Virus record (IMG/VR): IMGVR_UViG_2757320919_000001
Coordinates: 1-64,000 of that record
Direction: 5' to 3' (one strand)
DNA length: 64,000 nt
From: a virus
Taxonomy: Duplodnaviria; Caudoviricetes
A program made the position numbers and the translations under genes. The notes under the pieces are model-generated. The model saw only the letters and a program-made list of their open reading frames with translations, ran no database searches and was not told where the DNA came from. Positions 27,997-36,262 of the stretch are shown here, piece after piece (position 1 is the stretch's first letter; the number at the start of each line of letters is the position of its first letter).

Positions 27997-28027
27997 TAAG
28001 GGAATTATGCCATTAATCCCCTTAAAT
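27997..28027. repeat. 31-bp direct repeat (copy 2)
   Basis: TAAGGGAATTATGCCATTAATCCCCTTAAAT, about 10 nt past the nrdA stop. Confidence 0.85.
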
Positions 28028-28036
28028 ATGACTTAA

Positions 28037-29425
28037 TCACATATAATGTACTATTTTTTCATCTTTTTTATAAGGTGCTGATGTTGGTAAAACTATCTCA
28101 CAACATAAATTACTTTGTGTAACAGTTCTATTTAGCATACCTTGTTTATTTACATTATCTGTAAAGAAAATGTAAATATTTCCTGTTTCAACTCTATACT
28201 TTAAAATTTCATCAAATAACTCTCTAGCATTTATTGATTTTTTCCTAATGTTTGATTTCTGTTCATATTCTAAATAATATTTTTCAAAATCATCACCAAA
28301 ACTATCTAGCAATTTTTGAGTATCTTTTGGATCAAATAATGTATAATTTTCATTATTATACCATCTTTTTACAAACACATCATCTATTTTAATAGCATAC
28401 TGCAAGTTTCTTGCTCTAGTAGATTCAGTTCCACCATTATCTTTTAACATTATCAAGTTTTGAACATCCATATGCCATGTTGGGTAATAAACACAGCAAC
28501 TACCTTTTCTGGTAGAACCTTGATTCCATGCAGATATTGTAGAATCTAATAATTTTATAAATGGAATAGGTCCTGATGAAACACCAACACCATCTATAAT
28601 AGAACCAGTAGCTCTTAAAGCTGAAATATCACAAGCAGTACCACCTTTATTTTTGCTATATATTGCAAGATTATCATTTGTAGCTAATATTGAATGTGAA
28701 TCATCACCCATTTTAGCTAATACACAAGATGATAACTGGCCTTTATTAATACCAGAGTTCAGCATTATAGGTGTAGCGTATGTAAATTTATGAGTTGAGA
28801 TTAAATCATATATTCTTTTAATTTTTTCAACTCTGTTATTTTCATTTATACAAATAAACATAGCAACTCTCATATAAGTTATTTGAGGTGTTTCCAATTT
28901 TATTGTTTTTGTTCTATTTAAACAGTACTTTGTATAAAACATACTAATAGCTTTGTAGTTTTGAAACAAATAATCTCTATTATTATCAATATATTTATTT
29001 AATTCTTGTATTTCATTTTCTGAAAAACTATTAACAAAGTCACTAGAATATATCCCTGATGAAAGGCCAAGTCTTAAAACATTGCCAAGAGATATTTCAT
29101 CTCCCATGTTTTTTCGATATTTAATGATATATAATTTAGCTGCAAACTTTTCATACATTGGATATAACATACTTATTTCATTCACAGTAGTAGATAATAT
29201 TTCATCATAAAGATCTTGTATTCTAATATTATCTCTTAGTTTTATTTTTGATTTTGATAAAATGTTTATTGCATATGATTCTTTATTATCACACACTTTT
29301 AATAAAAACTTATACATTTTATCTGGACTGTATTTTTCAACAGTCCCATTTCTTTTAATAACATTTATATTAATGTCATTTAATTCTGTTAATGTTTTAA
29401 CTGGCAACATTTCCAATCTCTCCAT
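28037..29425 (-). CDS. nrdA: Ribonucleotide reductase class Ia alpha subunit, N-terminal piece only
   Basis: ATP cone (VIKRNG), ETPQ, ATP..LN.G, LSSC, QSNLCCEI, then a stop 18 residues later. Confidence 0.9.
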   Translation of the reverse strand: MERLEMLPVKTLTELNDININVIKRNGTVEKYSPDKMYKFLLKVCDNKESYAINILSKSKIKLRDNIRIQDLYDEILSTTVNEISMLYPMYEKFAAKLYIIKYRKNMGDEISLGNVLRLGLSSGIYSSDFVNSFSENEIQELNKYIDNNRDYLFQNYKAISMFYTKYCLNRTKTIKLETPQITYMRVAMFICINENNRVEKIKRIYDLISTHKFTYATPIMLNSGINKGQLSSCVLAKMGDDSHSILATNDNLAIYSKNKGGTACDISALRATGSIIDGVGVSSGPIPFIKLLDSTISAWNQGSTRKGSCCVYYPTWHMDVQNLIMLKDNGGTESTRARNLQYAIKIDDVFVKRWYNNENYTLFDPKDTQKLLDSFGDDFEKYYLEYEQKSNIRKKSINARELFDEILKYRVETGNIYIFFTDNVNKQGMLNRTVTQSNLCCEIVLPTSAPYKKDEKIVHYM

Positions 29426-30533
29426 TCAATATTTTTTCTAACTCATTTTTTAGTGTTTCACCATTATATATTTCTAGTTTTGTATCTTTTTTCATAACAC
29501 CTTTTGAATAAGTGATACTATCAACTTCTTGAAGCATTTGATTTTCACTGCTTATATTTTTTATTTCTTGAAATTCTTTGACTAAGTCTGTTTTTGGTGC
29601 ATTCCATATAGGTTGAAAGCCACATTTTTTTAGTCTATCATCAACAAAAAACTTTAGAAAACCATCAATATTTTCAATAGTCAATCCTGGAATAGGACCC
29701 ATAGATAGTAAATATTTAGCCCATTCTAATTCATCTTGGTAAACTTTTTTTGCTATTTTTCTAGCTTTCCGTGACAAACTATCATCAAAAAGGTGTGAAA
29801 ATCCCTGATGCTGCTCACTTCTAAGAGTTTTAAGTATAAAACTAAAAATTACAAGGTGAATATCTTCATCATTATTTATTAATTTTATAATTTTAGTTAA
29901 ATTTGGTATTTTGTTACCACCAGCTGAATATTTATTAATCATATAAGTTGTTAAAAAACTTACATAAAATTTAACACCTTCTAAAAACTGAATTCTTAAA
30001 CAAGCTTCTAATATTTTTAATTTATTTTCATCGTTCTCTTCTAAACTACCTTCTAGTGATTCATAAGTGTCTATTTCATCATTAATTCTAGTTTTTATTT
30101 CAGGATATTCACAATATTCATCAAAAACATCAGTAGGATTTGGAAATACGCTTTTTATGATATGTGAATAAGATCTTGAATGAATATACTCAAAATAAGC
30201 TTGTGTTTTTAAACAACCTTCTAATCCTGATGATGTTACTAGTGGTATTAATATATTGTCCAAACCTCTATTTTGGCCAGAATCCATTAATGTTTGAAAA
30301 GTTAAATTTGCTTTTATTTGTCTTTGATTATGCTCAGGCAATTCTATAAATGACTTTGGTTCATGAATCATACTAATTTCTTCTGGAAACCATAATTGTG
30401 CTTGTTGTTTTCTATCTAAACTTTCTAATTGATTGTGTGAATACCAGTCATATCTTTGAAAACCTGAGTATTCTCCAAAGAAAAATTTTTCTTTGGATCT
30501 ATCTGTCACTAAATTGGTTTTACTTAATAACAT
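29397..30533 (-). CDS. nrdB: Ribonucleotide reductase beta subunit
   Basis: WFPEEI, QTLMDS, EYIHSRSY, LEGVKFYVSF, DEDIH, QEVDSITY. Confidence 0.95.
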   Translation of the reverse strand: MLLSKTNLVTDRSKEKFFFGEYSGFQRYDWYSHNQLESLDRKQQAQLWFPEEISMIHEPKSFIELPEHNQRQIKANLTFQTLMDSGQNRGLDNILIPLVTSSGLEGCLKTQAYFEYIHSRSYSHIIKSVFPNPTDVFDEYCEYPEIKTRINDEIDTYESLEGSLEENDENKLKILEACLRIQFLEGVKFYVSFLTTYMINKYSAGGNKIPNLTKIIKLINNDEDIHLVIFSFILKTLRSEQHQGFSHLFDDSLSRKARKIAKKVYQDELEWAKYLLSMGPIPGLTIENIDGFLKFFVDDRLKKCGFQPIWNAPKTDLVKEFQEIKNISSENQMLQEVDSITYSKGVMKKDTKLEIYNGETLKNELEKILNGEIGNVAS

Positions 30534-30545
30534 ATTGTAATATCC

Positions 30546-30905
30546 TTACTCATTAACATCAAAAAACTGTTCAACATATATTAAGTTATACATGCTATAT
30601 AACTCAATACAATTTGAAATGAAGTCATACATAATATATGTAATTGAAAGACTTACAACTATATTATATAATTTAGTTGTATATTTATTTGTAACAAGTA
30701 ATAACATACAACAAATTATTATAAATGACCATATGAGCATATCTGTATATGTCTCAAACAACATTGTAACATATTCTTTTGGATTTTCAAAATGTACTCC
30801 AACTCTGTCAAACACTTCAAAAGCAACAGGCAAACTAATAAAATTGATAATAATTGAAAGTACACAATAACATATAATTGCATAAATTCCTAACTGTTTA
30901 TTCAT
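30546..30905 (-). CDS. Membrane protein
   Basis: Three hydrophobic segments. Confidence 0.6.
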   Translation of the reverse strand: MNKQLGIYAIICYCVLSIIINFISLPVAFEVFDRVGVHFENPKEYVTMLFETYTDMLIWSFIIICCMLLLVTNKYTTKLYNIVVSLSITYIMYDFISNCIELYSMYNLIYVEQFFDVNE

Positions 30906-30938
30906 TTTCTTTCTCCTTATAGTAAATTATTTTATAAT

Positions 30939-31268
30939 TTATTTTTTGTCATCTAAAATAGAAATCATATTCTTTGAACCTTTTGAAATTCCATCCCAAA
31001 AAATAATAGCCATATCTGTTTCTTTATTTAAACTATCTGCCATCAATTTATTTCTTATAGGTCCTGCTGATTTTCCATATAGATTCCAGTTTGGTTTATA
31101 TTTTTCTATCTTAAGAGAGTTATCAATACCATATTGATAACCTAACATATCAGCACCACGGGCCATACCACATACAATTGTTGATGGTTGTATGTTTAAT
31201 TCAAGTATTTTATTTTTCAATAGATTATAATCATTAAAATCCCTACTACCAGCTACCAATAATTTCAT
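30939..31268 (-). CDS. SLOG-family (YspA/DUF2493-like) protein
   Basis: VAGSRDF, GMARGAD, AGPIRN, FWDG.SKGS. Confidence 0.8.
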   Translation of the reverse strand: MKLLVAGSRDFNDYNLLKNKILELNIQPSTIVCGMARGADMLGYQYGIDNSLKIEKYKPNWNLYGKSAGPIRNKLMADSLNKETDMAIIFWDGISKGSKNMISILDDKK

Positions 31269-31471
31269 TTGCTACTCTTTACCATTGTACCAACATAACT
31301 GCCATCACTTATTTTGCAAATACATCCACCTTCATCTACAAAGAAAAAGTCACCACTATATTTCATTCCATTTTGCCCTTCAATTATAAACTGCCTATCT
31401 GTAGTTATAAATTTCTGTAGAGTTTTAAAATTCACAAACTTACATATTAATTCTTTAATTTTCACAAACAT
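31265..31471 (-). CDS. Hypothetical protein
   Basis: 68 aa with RBS. Confidence 0.55.
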   Translation of the reverse strand: MFVKIKELICKFVNFKTLQKFITTDRQFIIEGQNGMKYSGDFFFVDEGGCICKISDGSYVGTMVKSSK

Positions 31472-31505
31472 TTCTTCATCCTTTTTATTTATATTATATA
31501 ATATT

Positions 31506-32981
31506 TTAACTTAGATTACCCTTAACCCATACTCCTTGCCCACAATCCCACACTCTATTATACCCATTTACTTTCATATTCTCTGATTCAGTTAAGTTTG
31601 GATCAAATTTTCCTAGTTTGTCTTTAAGTTTGTGTTTCATAAATTGTTGTCTAGAGTATTTAGTCCCATTTTTAAAATAATAGTAACCTGGCTTAGAATA
31701 ATGGCTAAATGTAAATCCTAGTTTCAAATATATTTTACCATCAGAATATAATCTGTCAGAATAACTTATTAATGAACCTTCATTTTCTTTTTCGAAATAT
31801 TTTAATAATTTAGATGCACCACCTACAACATTCACACCCATTTTTGTGCATAATCTAATCAATTCCCAGTCGCATTTATCTGTAAATCTAGGCTTACCAA
31901 AACTCATAAGACAAACTAACTCATTATTAAAGTATAGCCCATAACAAATAGAACTACCAGTAAATCCTTGGATATGATTATTGTCTAAAAACTCTTTTTC
32001 TTCTACTTTAGGTACTTCTTTTAAAATGCATTTTCTAGCCATTATCTTGTCTGATTTTCCTAATTTGTTGTTTATAATACTAGTCCATATTTCTTTCTTA
32101 TTGTACCATGAATGTTCAAAAATGTGTAGAAGATGAATACCTTTACTCTCACATTTTAGTGTTTTATCTAAATGATAGTCTTTACCTTTTCCATTACTTT
32201 CAGAATGCCAGTAGTCTCCATTACACTCTATTGCTAAGTTATACTTTGGTAAATAAAAATCAAGTTCTTTATCACCTAATACTGAGTAGTCATTTTCTAT
32301 ATAGTTATCTAGTAAATTAGATACTTCTTTTTCAAATGAGCTAGTAGAAGGGTTGCATGTAGGACATATTATTTTACCTTGTTTAAAGTTACCATAAGTT
32401 CTATTAAAAATATGTCCTTGTATACATCTTACTTTTAATTCATCAGCTAAATTATTTGAAATTATTTCATATCCTAGATTGTTTATATAATTTACTTTAT
32501 TAGTATCTTTACATTTTGGACAAGTTGTAAAACCATCTTTGAACTTCCCAAATGCTCTTTTAAAAACATGTCCATTTGAGCATCTTACTTCTAATCCCTT
32601 AGATAGATTTTCTGAAACAACCTCATATCCCAAATTATTTAAATAATCTAATTTATTTCGAATATCACATTTAGGACAATTAATTTTGCCATTTTTAAAA
32701 TCACCAAATGCTCTTTTAAAAATATGACCTTTTGGGCATTCTACATGTAAACTATCTGCTAAGTTTTCTGAAACCGCTTTATAACCTAAATTATTTAAAT
32801 AGTTTAATTTTCCTAGTCTATCACATTCAGGACAATTTACAGAACCTCTTTTAAAATCATCAAACATCCTTCCAAAAATATGGCCATGTTTACATTCAAC
32901 TTTTAAACTTTTGGATAAGTTTTCAGAAATAGCTTTATATCCTAAATTGTTTAAAAATATTATTTTTTCGTGGTTAGTCAT
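31506..32981 (-). CDS. Hef-like endonuclease copy 2: 4 zinc-finger repeats + nuclease + Mom-like GNAT
   Basis: Same architecture as 8747..10513; immediately downstream of uvsX. Confidence 0.8.
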   Translation of the reverse strand: MTNHEKIIFLNNLGYKAISENLSKSLKVECKHGHIFGRMFDDFKRGSVNCPECDRLGKLNYLNNLGYKAVSENLADSLHVECPKGHIFKRAFGDFKNGKINCPKCDIRNKLDYLNNLGYEVVSENLSKGLEVRCSNGHVFKRAFGKFKDGFTTCPKCKDTNKVNYINNLGYEIISNNLADELKVRCIQGHIFNRTYGNFKQGKIICPTCNPSTSSFEKEVSNLLDNYIENDYSVLGDKELDFYLPKYNLAIECNGDYWHSESNGKGKDYHLDKTLKCESKGIHLLHIFEHSWYNKKEIWTSIINNKLGKSDKIMARKCILKEVPKVEEKEFLDNNHIQGFTGSSICYGLYFNNELVCLMSFGKPRFTDKCDWELIRLCTKMGVNVVGGASKLLKYFEKENEGSLISYSDRLYSDGKIYLKLGFTFSHYSKPGYYYFKNGTKYSRQQFMKHKLKDKLGKFDPNLTESENMKVNGYNRVWDCGQGVWVKGNLS

Positions 32982-32990
32982 GTGTGTTCC

Positions 32991-33015
32991 ATATTTAGGG
33001 GGATACCCTAAATAT
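32991..33015. terminator. Hairpin between uvsX and endonuclease copy 2
   Basis: ATATTTAGGG-GGATA-CCCTAAATAT. Confidence 0.6.
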
Positions 33016-34054
33016 TATTTTCGGTAGTTTCGTTATTATTAGGCGTAACATTCAGTAAAGAATATTTATATTCTAGAGCATCTACAAAATCTTTATTGGA
33101 AAGTAGCTCACTAAAGAACTCATCAAGCTGCTCTTGTGATGCACTTTTTAAATACAACTTTTTCTCTGTAAATGGATTAAAATGACTATCACCTTGTTTT
33201 TGTAGGAATCCAAGTTCTAGCCCTAGATCAGCCAAACCTGACCATTTATTTATACCGTTATCAAAAGTAACTAAAATAGGTATTTTTGATTTTTCTTTGA
33301 TGAATCTTGATTTTTCAACATTTATTGTAAATTGCCAACCTTGTAAATTCTTTTTACTATCTTTTTCTTGTGCTTTTCCAATAATAAAAATAGTATCAGC
33401 ACTATAAATCACTCCAGTACCACCGGATACCACTTGACCACCCCACAAAGATCCAATATCATCATAAGTATGATTTACAACAACCATAGGGATCTGTTTC
33501 ATAGACAAATAAGGTGTTACAATTCTAAACAAACTCTTGATATGTTTACTTCTTTGCATATCTACAACTGATTTTTCATTTATTGCATTTTCTATTTCTG
33601 CCTTACTTGCTAAGTTTCCTAAGCTATCGAGAATTATTATAACTCTGTCACCATCTTCGATATTTTCTAATTGATTTGCAATATCAAATTTTAATTCCTC
33701 AACATTCATAACTGGTGTATGGATAACTCTTGTTGTATCAATACCAAAGTTTTCCATATAGTTTGGAGTGATACCAAATTCAGAATCATAAAAAATACAT
33801 ACAGCATCAGGATATTTTTGCAAATATGAAGCCATCATTACAAGTGCATAATTACTTTTAAAATGTTTGCTAGGACCTGCAATTACTGTTAGTCCTGGTG
33901 TTAGCCCACCATTAATCTTACCACTTAACGCAAGATTTAACATTGGTACTGGTGTTTCAACAAATTCAGTTTTACCAAAATATTTACTATTTTCAAGTTT
34001 ATTAGTTCTATCTTTTAGAGTGCTATTTTTTAATAATTTATTAATTAATGACAT
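33008..34054 (-). CDS. uvsX: UvsX RecA-like recombinase
   Basis: LNLALSG, AGPSKHFKS, FYDSEFG, DSLGNLAS, SGGTG..YSAD. Confidence 0.95.
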   Translation of the reverse strand: MSLINKLLKNSTLKDRTNKLENSKYFGKTEFVETPVPMLNLALSGKINGGLTPGLTVIAGPSKHFKSNYALVMMASYLQKYPDAVCIFYDSEFGITPNYMENFGIDTTRVIHTPVMNVEELKFDIANQLENIEDGDRVIIILDSLGNLASKAEIENAINEKSVVDMQRSKHIKSLFRIVTPYLSMKQIPMVVVNHTYDDIGSLWGGQVVSGGTGVIYSADTIFIIGKAQEKDSKKNLQGWQFTINVEKSRFIKEKSKIPILVTFDNGINKWSGLADLGLELGFLQKQGDSHFNPFTEKKLYLKSASQEQLDEFFSELLSNKDFVDALEYKYSLLNVTPNNNETTENNI

Positions 34055-34055
34055 T

Positions 34056-34292
34056 TTAATCCTTTCTAAATTTCTTAATATCTATAACAACATGATGCTG
34101 GCTTACATTTTCTTCATTTATCGCCTCCATAATAAAATTATATACTTCTTTTGATGTTTTATGTTTAATTGTAAACTTGTACTCTTGCAGCCCACATTTA
34201 ATAAATACAATATTAGATGAATCGTCTTTAATTACACTAAATGAGTCTATTTTGCTGACAAAATATATGTTATCATCATTAATAATAACCAT
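34056..34292 (-). CDS. Hypothetical protein
   Basis: 78 aa with GAAAGGA RBS. Confidence 0.6.
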   Translation of the reverse strand: MVIINDDNIYFVSKIDSFSVIKDDSSNIVFIKCGLQEYKFTIKHKTSKEVYNFIMEAINEENVSQHHVVIDIKKFRKD

Positions 34293-34313
34293 TTTATTCC
34301 TTTCGTATAATAA

Positions 34314-34356
34314 ATTTAAGAATATTATATTACAAATATTCTTAAATATTACTTAA
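34314..34356 (-). promoter_or_regulatory. Early promoter within a perfect 13-bp inverted repeat
   Basis: ATTTAAGAATATT-ATATTACA-AATATTCTTAAAT plus an upstream TTAAG. Confidence 0.7.
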
Positions 34357-34648
34357 CTTGTGAATTAAACTTCTCTATTGAGTTATAAAGATTATTATAG
34401 TTAAATTCAAGATGTTTATATTGATTGTGTATAAGTATAAAATCATTTGGAGATATTAACAGATATTCTTTACCATTAATTTTCTGTTTCATGATTTTAA
34501 CACCTATTTTATGAGGAATGTATTTTTCATCAAGAGGATATTTTAAATACTCTTTTTCAGTAATTGTTATTGTTTTGGTTGCTGTTGAACAGCCAACAAA
34601 CATAAATGCACTAAAAATTAACAATAATATACTGTGTTTCATTCTCAT
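34349..34648 (-). CDS. Putative o-spanin (lipoprotein)
   Basis: Lipobox FVGC after a signal peptide; overlaps the 3' end of a TM/coiled-coil gene. Confidence 0.65.
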   Translation of the reverse strand: MRMKHSILLLIFSAFMFVGCSTATKTITITEKEYLKYPLDEKYIPHKIGVKIMKQKINGKEYLLISPNDFILIHNQYKHLEFNYNNLYNSIEKFNSQVK

Positions 34649-34955
34649 CCTTTCCCATAAATTTTAATTTTTGTATTTTAGTCTCAATATTTTTTATATT
34701 ATTAAGAACTTCCTTATATTTTACTTCTTTTTCTCTAAAAACCTCAATAGTAAGATTATTATAGTTTTTAAGCGCTTCTAATTCCTTTTTAGAATTTTTT
34801 ATATTTTGTGTTAATTGTTTTTCATTTTCAATCAATATAGCATTTGATTTTTCTAATGAAATATATCTATAAGCAGTAAAAGCTAACAAAGATCCTAACA
34901 AAATATAAATTATGTTTGACTTTATAAATGAAAATAAAAAATTAAACATTTGCAT
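34611..34955 (-). CDS. Putative i-spanin
   Basis: N-terminal TM helix followed by coiled coil. Confidence 0.65.
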   Translation of the reverse strand: MQMFNFLFSFIKSNIIYILLGSLLAFTAYRYISLEKSNAILIENEKQLTQNIKNSKKELEALKNYNNLTIEVFREKEVKYKEVLNNIKNIETKIQKLKFMGKDENETQYIIVNF

Positions 34956-34962
34956 CCTTTAA

Positions 34963-34996
34963 ATGTTTGATACTCGAAAAAACGAGTATTAAACAT
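34963..34996. terminator. Hairpin terminator
   Basis: ATGTTTGATACTCG-A6-CGAGTATTAAACAT. Confidence 0.65.
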
Positions 34997-34998
34997 GT

Positions 34999-35619
34999 TT
35001 ATTTTTTAGGTTTTACATATAAATCAGAGTCTTCTAAATCAAATTCAGCACCAAAGTTATCAATAACAATTTCCCATTCACCTTCATAATTTTTTATTTT
35101 CATAGCTGAGTTATCATCATAACCAACTCTTACTTTTGAACCAATATCACCTTCATAATATTCCCAATCATATAGCTCATCTTTGATGATATTATCTATA
35201 TTATCAACTTTTGATGCTATAACGCTTGCTAATTTTTGTAGTGATTTTTCATCAAAATTAATTATAATAGGAGGGTATTTTTCTCCATCAAAACTTATGT
35301 TTGCTACTTTTTCGTATATTTCATTTAAAATATCTTCTTTTATACCAGTAACTCTCACTGTTATACAAGGTTTTATTAAGTTTATTCTTATTCGAGCAGT
35401 TCGTTCTTTAACAAAGAATGATATCAGAATTTGTATATCAGAGTCATTAACTATAGAACTTAATTTATAACTGTCTAATATAGTTTTACCATAACTAACA
35501 TTTACCTTTAAATTAGCTTTAGCTATTGGAAGTATTAAACTAGTAATATTATTGCTAATGTTTTTATCGTTGTTTTTTAAATCATTTATAGATTCAACTA
35601 AAAATTTTGAGTATATCAT
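34999..35619 (-). CDS. Protein with capsid-targeting-like N-terminus (paralogue pair)
   Basis: Begins MIYSKFLVES; TATAAATA at 35645-35638; similar to 35641..36246. Confidence 0.7.
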   Translation of the reverse strand: MIYSKFLVESINDLKNNDKNISNNITSLILPIAKANLKVNVSYGKTILDSYKLSSIVNDSDIQILISFFVKERTARIRINLIKPCITVRVTGIKEDILNEIYEKVANISFDGEKYPPIIINFDEKSLQKLASVIASKVDNIDNIIKDELYDWEYYEGDIGSKVRVGYDDNSAMKIKNYEGEWEIVIDNFGAEFDLEDSDLYVKPKK

Positions 35620-35640
35620 ACTTATATCCTTTTCAATTAT

Positions 35641-36246
35641 TTATATTTTTTGAATAATTAGTGATGAATTTAAATAATTATACTTTGTACCAACTTGATA
35701 ATTTACTTTAATAACCTTATCGTTTTTCAAAGTAAATATCATACTTTCTTCATAATTATTAAATAATTCTATAACATTTTTGCCTATATTACCTTCTACT
35801 ATTTTAAATTGTTTTGATTTAAGTTCATTTTGTATAATATCAGTAAAATTATTTATATAATATTCTTTTTCGAGTAATCTTGCAACATTATATTCTGTTA
35901 TCATATCCAATTTAAGTGATAATACAGGTTCATCTTTACTCTTGCAATTTTTAAGTTTATCTTCTATTGATTTTAAAGCATCTTTTTTTAAATCTGTTAC
36001 ATTAACAACTATGGATGGCTCAATTTTCTTATAATTTCCAATATTATAATGCTCAAATACTCCAAATATTTCAATGTCTAAACATATATCTTTCAACTTG
36101 CCTTCTTCAATAGATCTATCATTTAAAAACATCACATATTCTATATTATCTTGTATTACAGGTAATATTAGTTTGCGTAATTTTATATCATTTTTTGCAA
36201 ATACCCATAAGTTTTCAGATGATTCATTTAAAAATTTTGAATACAT
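35641..36246 (-). CDS. Protein with capsid-targeting-like N-terminus (paralogue pair)
   Basis: Begins MYSKFLNES; shares LILP, P.I.V.VT..K.D.L and EG.IG motifs with its neighbour. Confidence 0.7.
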   Translation of the reverse strand: MYSKFLNESSENLWVFAKNDIKLRKLILPVIQDNIEYVMFLNDRSIEEGKLKDICLDIEIFGVFEHYNIGNYKKIEPSIVVNVTDLKKDALKSIEDKLKNCKSKDEPVLSLKLDMITEYNVARLLEKEYYINNFTDIIQNELKSKQFKIVEGNIGKNVIELFNNYEESMIFTLKNDKVIKVNYQVGTKYNYLNSSLIIQKI

Positions 36247-36262
36247 TATATTTAGATCCTTT

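Noticed and set aside
27840-28040. Group I intron or split intein after the nrdA break
   Set aside because: No recognisable P7 or other intron core, and no intein N-terminal block (C/S followed by block A/B) in the short tail.
32997-33002. Short G/C runs here and at 15837-15841 as phase-variable tracts
   Set aside because: Only 5 nt long, intergenic and part of hairpin stems.
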